From the human T2T-CHM13v2.0 reference genome, Homo sapiens: a DNA stretch of 64,000 nt. The notes under the pieces were generated by a model. That model made no database searches and was not told the DNA's origin. It saw only the letters and a list, made by a program, of their open reading frames with translations. The stretch is from NCBI RefSeq assembly GCF_009914755.1, contig NC_060935.1. One strand, written 5' to 3'. Position numbers and translations under genes: made by a program. Every line of letters begins with the position of its first letter. Within the stretch, counting starts at the first letter, position 1. Below are positions 13,631-35,900 of this stretch, piece by piece.

Positions 13631-13923
13631 GCACAGTTCTTTCTTGAATTCTTTCCTGATACTCGAAATAAGAAAGCCAAAGTTCTACTCCTGCTTCTGA
13701 CTCTCATTGAAATTGGGACCTGGTCAGATGTCCTTATCTATAGAGTTGTAATGAAATCTATCCTGTCTTCTTTTCAGAGCTGTTATGAGTTCAAATGAGG
13801 TCATATGGAAAGATACCTTGCAAACTAGGAAGTCCTACGCAGATGGAAATAATTGAATATTCCTATTAGTAAAGTTACCTATATATAGCAACCACAATGA
13901 TCAGGTTTCCTGAAAAGCTGCTA

Positions 13924-14003
13924 TTAGATTGGTGCAAAAATAATTGTGGTCTTTGCCTTTACTTTTAATGGAAAAAATGCCAATTACTTTTGTACCAACC
14001 TAA
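13924..14003. mobile_element. MADE1 (Hsmar1-derived MITE), 80 bp
   Basis: TTAGATTGGTGCAAAAATAATTG...CAATTACTTTTGTACCAACCTAA inverted repeat flanked by TA. Confidence 0.92.
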
Positions 14004-14073
14004 TAATTTAAAATATTTTGTCCAGTTGTCCTTATAAGTAAATCAAACATGAATAAAGATATAGTCTCCATAT

Positions 14074-14477
14074 CTTCTATAGTTTCAATGCGTCCCCTAA
14101 ATTTCATGCGTTGGAAACTTGATCCCCAATGTGGTGGTTTTGGGAGGTGGGACCTAATGAGAGGCATTTGGGTCGTGGAAGGACACTCTTCATGAATGGA
14201 TCAATGCCATTATCATGCGAGTGAATTCGTTATTCTGGGAGTAGGTTCCTTATAAAGGGACAAGTTTGGTTCAGCCCCGTCTTTCTCTCCATCTCTTTCT
14301 CTCTTGCCTTCACTTTGCCCTCCAACATAGGATGACACAGCAAGAAGGCTCTTGCAAGATACCAGCCCCTTGAGTTTGGACTTCCCAGCCTCCAGAACTA
14401 AGCCAGTAAATTTCTGTTCATTATAAATTACCCAGTCAGTGTTATGCTGTTATAGCAGCACAGATTGAACTAAGACA
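14074..14477 (+). mobile_element. MaLR solo LTR (MST/MLT1A-like)
   Basis: Typical ends: ...cttcccagcctccagaact...ataaattacccagtc...gcagcacagattgaactaagaca. Confidence 0.8.
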
Positions 14478-14760
14478 ATATCATTCCTGGGTTGCTGTTT
14501 CTCACATCCTATTTGAAAAATGAAATAGGAAATAGTTTTACACAGCTGAAGGTAGAGTTGGGAAGGTAAAACTTCCCCAAACATTTGGAAATAAGATGGC
14601 TCTCTACAAGTTGAATTATAAAATTATGACACAATTCATTAGCTCAAAATACACTTATTGAACAACCATTATAAGTGTGTGTGGCAGCCTGCCTTGAAGA
14701 TGGTATTTATGCCCACGTGTAGTTTGCTTCCACAATACATAGGGCTGCCTCATGTAACAG

Positions 14761-15124
14761 TATATTAGTCTGTTCTCACACAGCTGATAAAGACATACCT
14801 GAGACTGGGTAGTTTATAAAGTAAAAGAGGTTTAATGGACTCACAGTTCCACATGACTGGGGAAGCCTCACAATCATGGTGGAAGGCAAAAGGCATGTCT
14901 TACATGGCAGCAGACAAGAGAGAGAATGAGATCTAAGTGAAGGGGGTTTCCCTTTATAAAACCATCAGATCTTGTGAGACTTATTCACTACTACAAGAAC
15001 AGTATGGGGGAAACTGCCCCTGTGATTCAGTTATCTCCCACTGGGTCCCTCCCACAACACGTGGAAATTAGGGGAGCTACAATTCAAGATGAGATTTGGG
15101 TGGGGACAGAGCCAAACCATATCA
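14761..15124 (-). mobile_element. THE1 solo LTR inserted in an older MLT1 LTR (~14680-15505)
   Basis: tatattagtc...gccaaaccatatca with 5-bp TSD AACAG (14756-14760 and 15125-15129). Confidence 0.9.
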
Positions 15125-15553
15125 AACAGGATATTGTGGAAATGACGGAATGTGCCTCCCTAGACTGGGCTATAGAAGACATTGTAGCTTCTGTCTTGCT
15201 CTCTCTTATTTGCTATGAGGGAAAAGCCCTGCCCTGTCCTGAGGACACCCAAGTAGCCCTTTAGAAAGGCTGCTGAGCAACTGAGCCCTCTTGCCAATAG
15301 CCAGACGATTGCTGAGGCTTTCTGCCAAAGCCTTGTGAGTGAGTCATCCTGGAAGTGGATCTTCCAGCCCCAGTCAAGCCATCAGATGACATCTTGACTG
15401 CAATCTCACAAGAGACCCTAAGCTGGAACCTACAAAAACTGTGATATAATAAATGTTGTCTTAAGCTCTAAAGTTTGGGTAATTTGGTACACAGCAATAG
15501 ATAATTAATAGAATGTGTTAGGCACTGTTCTTAGCCCAGGAGATACAGCAGTG

Positions 15554-16010
15554 CAGCAGTCCCCAAACATTTTGGAACCAGGGAGTGGATTTTTGGAAGA
15601 CAGTTTTTCTACAGAGCAGAGTGGGGCAGAGGGATGGTTTTGGGTTGATTCAAGTGCATTACATTTATTGCGCACTTTATTTCTATTATCATTACATTGC
15701 ACTATATAATGAAATAATTATACAACTCACCATAATGTAGAATCAGTGGGATTTCTGAGCTTGTTTTGCTGCAACTAGACAGTCCCATCTGGGGGTGATG
15801 AGAGACAGTGGCAGATCATCAGGCATTAAATTCTCATAAGGAGTGTGCAACCTAGATCCCTCACATGTGCAGTTCACGAAAGGGTTTGTGCTCTTGTGAG
15901 AATCTAATGCCACAGCTGATGTGGCAGGAGGTGGAGCTCAGGCAGTAATGTGAGGATGGGGAGTGGCTGTAAATACAGATGCAGCTTCATTCCCTCACTC
16001 ACCACTCATC
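15554..16010. mobile_element. MER1A (hAT-Charlie), one end truncated
   Basis: cagcagtccccaaac...ttcaagtgcattacatttattgcgcac...agatcatcaggcatta. Confidence 0.85.
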
Positions 16011-16966
16011 TGTGAAGGAGAGATTTAAACTAAATACCTGAGTGATGGTTTCTGCATGCAAAGATCTTTCAGCAGAGTGGTCCATGCAGAGGGAACACCT
16101 ATTGCAAAGGCCCTAAAGCTGAAATAAGCTACATTTATAATCCAGAGCCTTAAAGTCAGTGTGGTTGAGGCAGGGAGAAGGAACTAAAGCAGCAGGCTTC
16201 AGATCAGAGTGGGCATACTCCTGAGGGGACACAAAACTTTCCAGAAGGTGTCTGTGCCCAGCTGTTTTAAGGAGGTGACACAACCTGGGGAGACTGTGTG
16301 TTCAGAGAAGAAACGCAACCTGGTACATGCGATCTGGACAAAAACACCTGAGAGTCAGAATCTTTCTTGTGCCAGAAGCAAGAATAAGAATGTAGATACG
16401 CTAACCTTTTATGAAAGTATAGACCAAGAAAGAATGAGGTAATTAAAAGGCGAAAGAGGAATTCGATATGATGGGACCTAGGCAAGGTCAGAGATCTAGT
16501 GTGGCAGCTGTTTGGAGGAGGAGGTGCCTTGGATCAAAATCTCCCCCTGGTTGCCCATTTTCAAAGGCAGGCATTTTGGAGATGGCCTGATGTCATAATC
16601 TTTGAGTTGTTAAATGTTACAATTGCTACCAGCAGTTAATGAAGCCAAAGAAGCACATGAAAGGATATTTCTGAATACAGGATTCTGGCCTTAAAATACA
16701 CTGTAAGTGTCCTAAGTTTCTCAGCAGCCCCCACCATTCCACCCTCTTCTCCATCCTCCCCACTACCGTACTCCATCAACATGAGGGAAAGTGCTCAGAG
16801 CAGTGGAGGGGCAGGGCAGTGGGAGGGGGTGACAAAGAGGGAAGGGAAGGTGTGTGGACATGTGGATTTGTGCAGGGAGGCTCCCGGGGAGACTGTACAC
16901 AGTAATGGCAGGCTTTGGAGATGCACCTTTGGTTGTCAACTGTCCAGGCTAGAAGCAGAGTCTGAG

Positions 16967-16980
16967 CCACCAGGAGGCAG
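16967..16980 (+). promoter_or_regulatory. CTCF-like motif CCACCAGGAGGCAG
   Basis: One mismatch to the core consensus, in unique purine-rich sequence; motif only. Confidence 0.4.
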
Positions 16981-17411
16981 AAGTTTAGTTTTAGAAATCA
17001 CATTGAAATCTACAAAAGTTCTCCAAAATTTCCAAGACAACGAGTTTTCCTTGGTAAAGCCCATCTACTAGCAAGGAATACAAATATGTGCCCTCCTTCT
17101 CCGTTGTCTTCCCCAAATCCAATAAAAAACCTAGGCTTTTTTTGTGGTCACGCTCATTTTTCCTGCTCTTGGATAAAGGAATGAGTCTATTTTTTTCTTA
17201 ATTTTGAAGAAAGGGGAAGGTGGGCACATATCCACTGCATTGGAGCCAGTTTTGTTCTTAATTTTGCCGCTGTTCATCAAGCAATGTTGAGATGATAAAT
17301 TCACCCAATTAACTGCTTTCCTTGAGGGAAAAAATGTACCAGCCAGAGGATGTAAGTATCTGATCTACTTGTGAATTATAGTTTTAATGCAAATGAATTG
17401 CTTTTGTCTGA

Positions 17412-17794
<383 letters not shown>

Positions 17795-19001
17795 CAGATT
17801 CAGTTTTTGAACTGAGCTAAAAGTCAGATTAATTCACCGAAGTAAGTACTACCTTATGAATTCTCTTTGTACCTTCCCTTCTGGACACATTTTTGAAAAT
17901 TACTAAAATCACCCCAAACCTGAAATAAAGCAAAAGGATGCCTACATGTCCTTTCAGTATTATTGCTTAACATGTTCACCTAATAAATATTTATCTATGT
18001 TGGAGCATGTGCCTTTGTTTGACTTTGCTACTTACTGCTGGAATTACAGGTGTTAACCACTGAACCCGGCCCAAAAACGTATATTTAAGCTTTTGGTTTA
18101 TCTGTATTTTGAAACAATTGGAGGTTTATCGTTTAGGAAGTGTCTGAATTTAAAAGCCTGGTTTGTGTATATTGCTGATGGTTGCTAGGTGTGGAGGCTC
18201 TCGCAGCAGCAGCGAAAGGAGAGAATCTGAGGCAGGACAGGAGGAAGTGTCCCAAACTGAGGTTTGAACTTGGTGGGAAAAACAGGATACTTGTTTCCAG
18301 TGTTCCTGATTCGAATTTGTGATATGATTTCCCAAAAAGGACACTAAATCACGATTAGTTTTCTTGAATTGCCCACAATGTAGTTGAAATAATGTCTTTT
18401 ATGCAACAGTATTATTTTCAATAATTGCATATTTTCATCGCAAACATATTTTAGTTACAGTATGAACCAAATTGTCTCTTGTGAGGCTGACTGGAAAACT
18501 AATCCCAATTTATAACATTGTTTCTATAGAAGAATGTGTATTTTGTTCCAAACAACTAAATGCAAATGTTTTGGGGTGGGGGGAATATACAATTTTTTTA
18601 GAGCAGAGTCAGCCTACAATGAGGTTTATTAGAATGACAAAATTAGGTAAATTACAAATGGCTTTACTATCAAAGGAAATGGAAGGTTTGTGTAAGTGTG
18701 TGTGTGTGTTTGAGTGTGTTTTATTAATGCTATCATACCTTTTCGTTTTCTGTCACATATAGTAGGACACATATTCCAGACTCCTGCAATCTTTACCCAC
18801 ATTTGCCTCTCTCATATGGTGTGGTCGTTAATACCTTGTGATTATTAAGAACAAAATAACTTTCAATTTCAAATTGAACTTGCAGAATGCATCCACCAAA
18901 AAGTCACTTTCATCCCAATTCCTGCCAGAACAGAACAGATTTCTTTGTGGATTTACTAAGTAGAACATTGCTTTAACAAACAACATGAGAGTGTTCGCTT
19001 T

Positions 19002-20110
<1,109 letters not shown>

Positions 20111-21302
20111 GAGTGTTCGCTTTCTTATAACCAAGTAATGTTCATGTTCTGAATGAGCTAATGATACTATTTTCCTGAAGAAGATTCTGTAGGGGATATC
20201 AATTATGTTAAATAAATAATGTCCTTTGAAGATTTGATATATGCCCATTGGAAGATTTCTAAAATGGTTATTTGAGGGTGATAATGGTGGTAATTTTTTC
20301 TTAAGGCATTTATTAAGGACCATTTACATTTTTTTTTGTTGTTTTCTGCATCAGTAAGGTAGGGATATAAAGGGTCAATATTACAAGTCAATGGGCAACA
20401 AAGAATTTTAGCCATGACCAGACAGGTGTGTTTTCTAATGGGAAATCCCTCAAAACTAAGGTAGAGAAGTGCCAAAAATCGTATTCCGGAGAGGAAATAA
20501 AATATTAGACATTGGAACACAGTTGGAAACTGAAATTCAACAGCTTTAGTTGCATTGCTCTTAAAGTCACTTATATTTACTTCAAACACATCAAGCATTT
20601 TTATTTGTCATCAAATGTTTCAGGATAATATTAAAGAATGTACAGTTTCCTATCTATACAACTGCACTTATAGTAAATTAACTATTCCTCTAAGGTTGAA
20701 CATTAGGTTATTTCTTCTACCTTTGCATTTATAATGTGCCAATGAACTTTTTTTGCATGAATCTTTGTCAGCATTTTAAATTATGACTTTAAGAAGGATT
20801 CCTTCAAGGGAAATTGGTAGGCCAAAGGCTGTGAATATTTATGACTCCTGTTACAAATGACTTCCCAGAAAGGTATCAGTTTGTGTTCCATCTGGCTCTT
20901 GGTATCATCCTATTTGTTCTTTCCAGGATTCTAAGATTGAGTATTGTCTTAAAAACCAAATGAACATAACCCCTCCACGCCCTCCCACCAACCCACACCC
21001 ACAACTTTAAAAAGAAATTCAAATTCACAGACAAGAGAAAATAGTCATGTTACAGAAGATTATAAAATAAAAAGTAAAAATGTCCTCCTTAACATTTTGA
21101 AACTCAGCTCTACTTTCTGAAATAGCCACCGTGATTGGAATTTAAATTTAAATTGACTACCAATTTAAAAATTTAAAACATAGTCTTGCTGTTTATGTAA
21201 GAACTACATTGGGAAAGGAAGGAAGAGCTTACCCACCAGGGCTTGAGGACCACTATCCCACAGTTCCTAAATTCATCAACATCACAAGCTTTCTTTTGAC
21301 AG

Positions 21303-21400
21303 GAGTGCAATCTGAAGCCACTTCAAAGAATCACCTTGTTTTCTTGCTGACATTGCAGTGGGGACGATGAGACCCAAGGACATTCAGCCAAGAGGGAAAT
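21303..21400 (+). other. Candidate internal non-coding exon (98 nt)
   Basis: Acceptor ctttcttttgacag|G and donor AAT|GTGAGT in unique sequence. Confidence 0.5.
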
Positions 21401-21434
21401 GTGAGTCATATGTTCACAAACTGGATAAAGGCTA

Positions 21435-21748
<314 letters not shown>

Positions 21749-22093
21749 AAAAAGGCTATTCAAATGTAGTGATAACATATATTTGAAAAAGGTTACAGTA
21801 TCTATCCAGTAAAACATATCAGATATATAAAAGGGTTACAAACTTTATCTAAGAAAGTGAAACATTAGTGTTATGAAAAGGAATTGCTGTGTTTGTCCAG
21901 GCCAGTGAGACATTAAAGATTACTTTGTTAGTTGAGATCTTAACTCTTAAAATATGGGACAAAGTTGATAGCTATTGGTTATGGAGGCTGCTTTCCTTTC
22001 CTTCTTTCATCCTACTTCCCTTTCTCCAGTTTATAATTTCTCAATGGTTTGAGAGTAAGGGGCATGTTATCCTTAAATATTTCATTACACTAA

Positions 22094-24697
<2,604 letters not shown>

Positions 24698-25368
24698 ACT
24701 AAGAACAAGGAGAGTTTTCTATATAACTATAATATAATTATCACACTTGAAAACTTAACTTACATAATAAACATTATCCAATACACACCCATATTTAAAT
24801 TTCTCCAAATGTACTTCAAATATTTGTTAGAGATGGATGTTTGGCTTGGGCTTCCATCCCGGATCCAGTCCAAGTTCACAATTGCATTTGCTGGCCATTG
24901 CATAATTTTTTTAAAAAAATTACACTTTCAATTTTGAGATCATTGTAAATTTACATGCAATTATAAGATATAAGAAATTCCATTTATGCTTTACTCGGTT
25001 TCTACCAATGGTAACATCATGCAAAACTGTAGGCTAATATGACAATATCTTGACATTCATACAGTCAAGATATAGAATATTTCTGCTATCACCAGGATCC
25101 ATCCGTCATGTTGCCCTTTTATACCACACCCACTCTCTCCTCCTCTATCCACCTTTAAACCCCCCAAACTACTAATCTGTTCTCTATTTCTATACTTTTA
25201 TCATTTCAAGAATTTTATATGAATGGAATAATATAGTGTATAGATTTTTGGACTGGGGTTGGCTATGAACATTCCTGTGGCAGGTTTCTGTGTGAACATA
25301 AATTTTCATTTTTCTGGGTTAAATCCAGGAGTGTAATTACTGAGTCATGGTAATTGCATTTTAACTTT

Positions 25369-25536
25369 GGAGGAGGGGGGAGGGATAGCATTAGGAAATA
25401 TACCTAATGTAAATGATGAGTTAATGGGTGCAGCACACCAACATGGCACATGTATATATATGTAACAAACCTGCATGTTGTGCACATGTACCCTAGAACT
25501 TAAAGTATAATAAAAAAAAAAAAAGAAAAGAAAAGA
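25369..25536 (+). mobile_element. Short L1PA 3' end with poly-A
   Basis: gggagggatagcattagg...cacatgtaccctagaacttaaagtataataaaaa. Confidence 0.9.
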
Positions 25537-25660
25537 AATGGCAAAGTAGTTATTTAGAGTGTCTCTACCAAGGTACATTCCCACCAGCAATGTATAAGTG
25601 ATTTAGCTTTATTTTAGACATCTGATAAATATGTAGTTATATCTCAATGTGGTGTGTGCT

Positions 25661-25963
25661 ATTTTTTTTTTTTTTTTCAGACAAGGTCTCACTCTCTTAC
25701 CCAGGCTGGGATGCAGTGATGCAATCAGTGCACACTGCAGGCTCCACCTTCCCTCGCTCAGGTGATCCTTCCACCTAAGCCTCCCAAGCAGCTGGGAATA
25801 CATGCACACACCACCACATCTGGCTATTTTTTGTAATTTTTGTAGAGACAGTGGGTCTCACTATGTTGCCAGAGTTGGCCTCAAACTCCTGGATTCAAGC
25901 GACCCACCCACCTCGGCCTTCCAAAGTGCTGAGGATTACAGGCATGACCCACCACACCTGGCC
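25661..25963 (-). mobile_element. AluJ
   Basis: Diverged antisense Alu with poly-T. Confidence 0.9.
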
Positions 25964-26160
25964 TCAATGTAGTTTTAATTTGCATTTTCCTAATGGCTAA
26001 AAATGTGTAACATCTTTTCATGTACTTATTTGCCATCCATATATTCTATTTGGCAAAAATGTCTTTTCATATCATTTGCCCATTTTCTAATTGGATTGTT
26101 AGTCTTTTTTACTGTGATTCATTTTGAGTTTTTGTATTAAGAGATGAGACTTAGGTCAAG

Positions 26161-26288
26161 TCTTTTTCTTCCTTCCTTCTTTCTTTTCTTCCTTCCTTCC
26201 CTCTCTTTCCTTCCTTGTTCTTTTTTCCCTTTCTTTCCTTTCTCCCTACATCCCTTCCCCTCTTTCTGTCTCTTTTTCCTTCTTTTCT
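26161..26288. repeat. CT-rich simple repeat
   Basis: Near-pure polypyrimidine (CTTC/CTTT) tract. Confidence 0.85.
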
Positions 26289-27278
26289 GTGTGATATCCA
26301 ATTGCTCTAGTACCATTTGTTTAAAAGGCTGTTTTTTCTCTATTGAATTGTTTTTGCACCATTGTCAAAAAAATTGGCTGTACTTATGTGGGTCTATTTC
26401 TGGTTTCTCAATTATTTTCATTGATTTTTATGTCTATCCCTCCACCAATGCTACAAAGTTGTGATTACTGTAGCTATATAATAAGTCTTGAAGTCAAGTA
26501 GATAAATTCTTCCTACTTTAGATTTTTAAACTTCCCTAAGCTCTTTTAGTTCGTTTACCTTCCATATAAATTTTAGAATAATATTGTCAATCTTAAACAA
26601 TTCTTGCCAGTATTTTGGTAAGAATTGTGTTAGATTTGTGTATTAATTTGTGGGAGAATTCATACTTTTACTATATATGAATATTTCAGTCAATGAACAT
26701 GGTATGTCTCAATTTATTTAGATCTTCTATGACTTCTTTCATCATCATTTTGTTGTTTTCAGAATGCAAATCCTTTACATGTTTCGTACGTGTTTTGTTA
26801 GATTTATAGCTAAGCTTTTTTTGAGCAATTTAAATGATATTACAAAAATAAATAAATCATTTTCCAGTGTGCACATTTTCATTGCTAGTATATTGAAATA
26901 CAATTTATATTTTTAGTGGTTATCTTATGTTGCTTTGCTAAACTCACTTTTTAAATTCTAGGAGGGTTTTTTTGTGAATTCTATGAGATTGTCTATATAG
27001 ACAATCATGTCATCTGCAAATAGAAACGGTTTCATTTCTTTGTGTTTTGTATGCTTTTCATTTCCTTTTCTTGCCTATTGAACTGGCTAGAACTTCTAAC
27101 ACTATGTTATATAAGAACACTGTAATTGTGACTTTTCTTGTCAGAGTTGTTAGAATGGTCGATTACATTAACTGGGTTTTGAATATTGAACTAGTCTTGC
27201 ATCCTTGAGATAAATGTTGCAAAATTCTTCTCATATATTGTTGAAGTCTGTTTGCAAGTATTTTGTTAAGAATTTTTT

Positions 27279-30906
<3,628 letters not shown>

Positions 30907-33690
30907 TTAAGAATTTTTTATCTGTATTCAGGAAGGATATTGATTTAGAATTTTCTTTATGTAATATCTTCATTTCATTTTGGTATAAGGTTAATATTGG
31001 CTTTACAGAATGAATTGGGAATGGTTTTTTTTTTCTCTTATTTTCCGGAAAAGATTGTGTACAATTGATGTCGATTCCTTATTAACTATTTGGTTGAATT
31101 CTTCAGTGAAACCATTAGTTCTGGAGATTACCTTTCTTAAAGTTCTTTAAAATTACAAATTCAGTTTCCTTAATAACTATGCAACTACTTAAATTATTTC
31201 ATTTTGGGTTAACGGTGGCTGTTTATGTTTTTTGAGGAATTAGTCCATTTTCGTCTTAATTGTTAAATTTATATGTGCAGAGTTGTTTGTTTTTATTCCC
31301 TTATTTTGCTTTTTAAATCTGCAGGGTCTATACTGATATCCCTGTTTCATTCCTGACATTGGTAACTTATTACTTCTGTTTTTCCTTTGTTCATCTTGCA
31401 AGAAGTTTTGCAAATTGTGTCCATTTTATTGACATTTTCAAATAATGAGTCTTTGTTTTATTGATTTTCTATATAGGTATGCCTTTTCAATTTCATTGAT
31501 TTCTGCTCCTCTTTTTATTACTTCTTTCCTTCTGCTTGCTTTGACTTTATTTTTCTCTTCTAGCTGTAGGTTCTTGAAGTAAGAGCTTACATTTTTTATT
31601 TGAGACTTTTTCTCTCTTCTAATGTATGCATTTAGAGCTACAGATTTCCCTCTTATCACTGCTTTAGTTGTGTCCTATGAGTTATAAGTTGTATTCTCAT
31701 TTTCATTCAGTCTAATGTATTTTTAAAATTTCTTTGAAATTTTTTCTTTGACCCACTGGTTACTTAGGAGTATGTTGTTTACTTTCAAAGTGTTTGGATA
31801 TTTTTTTCTAACTTTTTATTATTGATTTCTAGTTTAACTTCATTTTAGTCAGAGAACGCACTTGATATGCTTTGATTCTTTGAAATTTGTCGAGTTTCTT
31901 TATGGTTTTTCTTGATATATTTTCCTTAGGGCCTTCAAAAGAATGTGTATTCTGCTGTTGTTGGATGGAGTGCTCTGTAAATGTTGTTTAGCTCTTACTT
32001 GTTGATGGTGTTGTTGAGTTCTTATATCCTTGCCAATTTTCTGTCTAGGTATTACATCAACTTCTCAGAGAAGGGTGTTAAAGTCTTCAACCATAACTGT
32101 GGATTTGTCTATTTCTCCTTTCAGTTTTTTCAGTTTTTGTTTCACTTATTTTTCAACACATTGTTTGATGCATACACATTTGTTTGGTGCATACACATTT
32201 AGAATTGTTGCATCATCTTGATAGATTAAGGGTTTTTTTTGCATTATATAAGCTCCCTCTTTGTGTTTGGTAATTTTCTTTACTTTGCATCTATTTTATC
32301 TGCTATTAATATAGCTACTTACTCTTGCTTTCTTTTGGTTAATGTTTACATGAAAAATTTCCCATTATTTTACTTTCAACCTGTCCTTATTATTATATTT
32401 GAAATGGGTTTCATATGGACAACATATAGTTGAATGTTTTTTAATCCACTTTGTCAATCTCTGTCTTGTAATTGGTATATTAAGGCCATTTTCTTAATGT
32501 AATTATTGGTATGTTATGGCTTAAGTCTGCTATTTTATTAGTTGTTTTATCTCTGTGTTTCATTTCTCTGTTTTCTTTTTTCTGTGAATTGCTTAAACAT
32601 TCGTTAGAATTCCATTTTGATGTTTTATATAGTGGTATGTCTTTTTGTATAGATTTTTAACGTTTTTGCTCTAGGCATTACATTATATATATGTATATAT
32701 ATGATTTATATAAACAGTCTATACAGTCTACTGGTATCATTTTACTAATTTGAGCGTAATGTAGAAAACGTAACTCCTTTACATTTCACCATCAAACATA
32801 ATTTTGGTGATGCTTTCGCCATCAAACATAATTTAGAAAACGCAAGAGGAGAAGGGAAGTCTATTGTATTTACTGATATTTTAGTTACCATGTGTTTTTT
32901 TCTGATGGTACAAGATACTTTGCCATTTCCTTTCTGTTTAAAGAACTTCCTGTGGCCATTCAATAACCTTTTTTCTTATCAAATGACGTGAGCTAGAAAC
33001 TTTCAAAATATTTTATACTTTATTGCAATGCAAATGGAAGTCTTCCTTCTTCCTTCTGACTTTAATGGAATGCTTCTAATTTTTTTTTCCATTTAGCATG
33101 ATGTTGCGTTTTAGATTAAGGAATGCTGATATATTTGTATCCACAAAATACCTTTTCATTTCTTAATTCTCCATTTATCTCTCAGGAAAGTAATGTGATT
33201 TCTAGGGCAGTTATATATATTTCTTTTTAAGATTATTTCTAGATATTTCATGTTTTTATTGCATTTATTACTGAGATATACTCCCCAAATATATCTCCTT
33301 TTGAATTTTCTTTCAATATATTATTTTGAATAGAAAATCACTAGAAATATTGGAAAAAAAGAAAGATATGGAGAAAAAACTGAAAGTTATTCTTAATATT
33401 CTAAACTAGAGATACTATGTGTTAATATTTTATGTGTTAATATTTTATCTCTGTCATTCCAGTCTGTCTGGAATATTTTTATGTGTTTTGTGGGAAGTAT
33501 TATATGTGTTAATTTTATGTTGATCATTTTTAAATATCTATATTTATATTTTACAAAAATGGTACCACATTAGTATATGATATACTCTTTCCATCTAGCA
33601 ATATATTATGAACACTTTTCTATTTCATTCAATAGCATAATTTTAATAACTTCATCTATGACAGTGCTTTCCAGAAATTTGTCTCTAGTA

Positions 33691-34130
33691 CAGAAATCCA
33701 CCTTATCTGTGGTTTTGCTTTCTGTGGTTTCAGTTATCCATGATTAACCGTGGCCCAAAAATATTAAATAGAAAATTCCAGAAATAAACAATTTATAAAT
33801 TTTAAATTGCACACTGTTCTGAGAAGTGTGATGAAATCTTACCTGGTCCCTTTGCTCAGCTTATTTGCTGCTGTATATGCTGCCTGCCCTTCAGTCACTT
33901 AGCCAGCCACCTGTGTTATGAGTTTAAAAGATCTCAAGAAGAAAAGTAGGTACAGTACAATAAGATATTTTGAGAGAGAGAGAGAGAGACAGACAGCACA
34001 TTTACATTAACTTTTATTACAGTACATTGTTATAGTTCTATTTTATTATTAGTTTATTGTTAATATCTTACTATGCCTAATGTATAAACTTTATCATAGG
34101 TATAAATGTATAGGGTAAAACTGCTGTATA
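33691..34130. mobile_element. MER44/Tigger7-type DNA transposon remnant
   Basis: ccttatctgtggttttgctttctgtggtttcagtta...tacagtacaataagatattttgagagagag. Confidence 0.75.
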
Positions 34131-34135
34131 TATTC

Positions 34136-34632
34136 TGTTGCATATGCAAGAAGCTATTATAGTTGCAGAACAGTTTTCTGGGAGGTTGGACCAGCCCAAT
34201 TGTTCCCTTTTTTTCACGTGTAGTTCTCAAGAGTAGCTGCAGAATGTGCTAGGAATGCAACATCCTGAGATAAGAGGGAACTAGCCACAACAACCTCGGT
34301 TCTGTTCTGGTTCCCCATAGAAACAGGATGTCCTTCAACACGTAGGCCCAGCATGTGATGTGACCCCATGGTATAAAACCCGAGGAGGGGGTGCTACTTT
34401 CTGGGGTCCCTCAGCTGCTGTGCTAGTTGAGTACTCGTAAATAAGATTCCATTTGCCCTGGGCAACTTTCCTGAGCCTTGCGAGATCAGCTTACAATGAA
34501 TCCTCAGCTTATATTGCCCTTGTTGCCCATCTGTAAGTAATAAACCCAATTCATGTAACGGGTGTGTGCCTGTGTTCTGTCGAATTGAACTGAGGCATAT
34601 TGGTAAGCAGTGCACAGTGCACCTACTTAACA
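34136..34632 (+). mobile_element. ERV solo LTR (subfamily not determined)
   Basis: TG...CA ends, TATAAAA near 34373, AATAAA near 34539, LTR-type internal motifs; no clean TSD. Confidence 0.65.
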
Positions 34633-35544
34633 TTCAGGGGCATTAATTTTATATGCCCTTTACTAAACTTTTGTGAACTCAAAGACTTTTCAGTTTATTC
34701 ATAAAATGTCTAAATAGGCAACCAAATGGAAGAAGAATAATGATAATTTTGTCTCTTCCTTTTCATGGATTATTTTTTAGTTCTGTTTCATGTCATGATC
34801 TCAGCTAAAATGTTTAGACAATGTTGAATAATGGTGAAAGTGTTTTGTTTCCCTTATCTCCCTCTGTTTTTTAAATGGGGATGCCTCTATTCTTTCCTTG
34901 TTAAGTAGTATTCTGGCTGATGTTTGATTTGCGATAGTAATCATTATTATTGATATTGAGATAAGCATCCTTCACTTTTGATTAAGGTGATCGTATGTAT
35001 GATATTAATTATATTTAATTATTTATTAGTTACTAACAGATGTCCTAATATCCATCCAAGCATCCAGATAAAATTTCCACTTTTTAAAGTAATATTACTT
35101 TTTTCAGGTTTTGGTAAAGGCTTACACTTGATTCCTGAAGGTATTTTTAGCTCTTTAAATAACCTAAATCAAATGAATGTAGCATTATAATTAGCTTTTC
35201 CTAAGAATTTTGAAAAACTCATTGGTTAAAAAAAATATTGATCCCTGAAGACTTTTTGGAGGTAATTTTTAAATATTTATATCTATTTCATATTTATAAT
35301 TATTCCATAATTGCTCTCTTCAGACAGGCTACTTCTTAAGCAATTTAAATTATAAGCAATTCAAATTATAGTCTTAGAAATTTTTCTACATTAATAAAAT
35401 TTTCAGTTTCATTACCAAATAATTTTGTATGATACAGCAGGAACAGGCAAGATCCTTGCTTTCATGAAAAGTACGCTCTAGTGGAGAAAGAGAAAAAGAA
35501 AGCAACAAGAAACAAACAAAGCTTATTCATACAATAATAAACAC

Positions 35545-35900
35545 CGTTTTGCTCACCAATTATTTCTAGTTTTCCTTCTGGCCATGGGAAGGCTGTACTG
35601 TCCTGCCCCCTTGGAGTTAGGTGTGGTCACATGACTTGTTTTCCCAGTGAAACGTGAGCAGAAGTCACATGTGTCACTTTAGGATGTACAATTTGCCATA
35701 CTGGATATTTTCCACTGCCATGGCAATCCTCACTTCTGCCACATTTTATTGACCAAAGCATGTCAGAAGGCCAATCTAGAATCAAGGAGTGGGGAAATAG
35801 ATTCTACTTCTTGTTGAGAGGATGTGCAAAGTTACATTGCAAAAGATGTAGGGAAGGGTGAAGAATTGTGACTGTTTTGCAATCAATGTGTCTACCACAA
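35545..35900. mobile_element. Old MLT1 LTR fragments
   Basis: gttaggtgtggtcacatgacttg; cacttctgccacattttattgaccaaagca. Confidence 0.55.
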
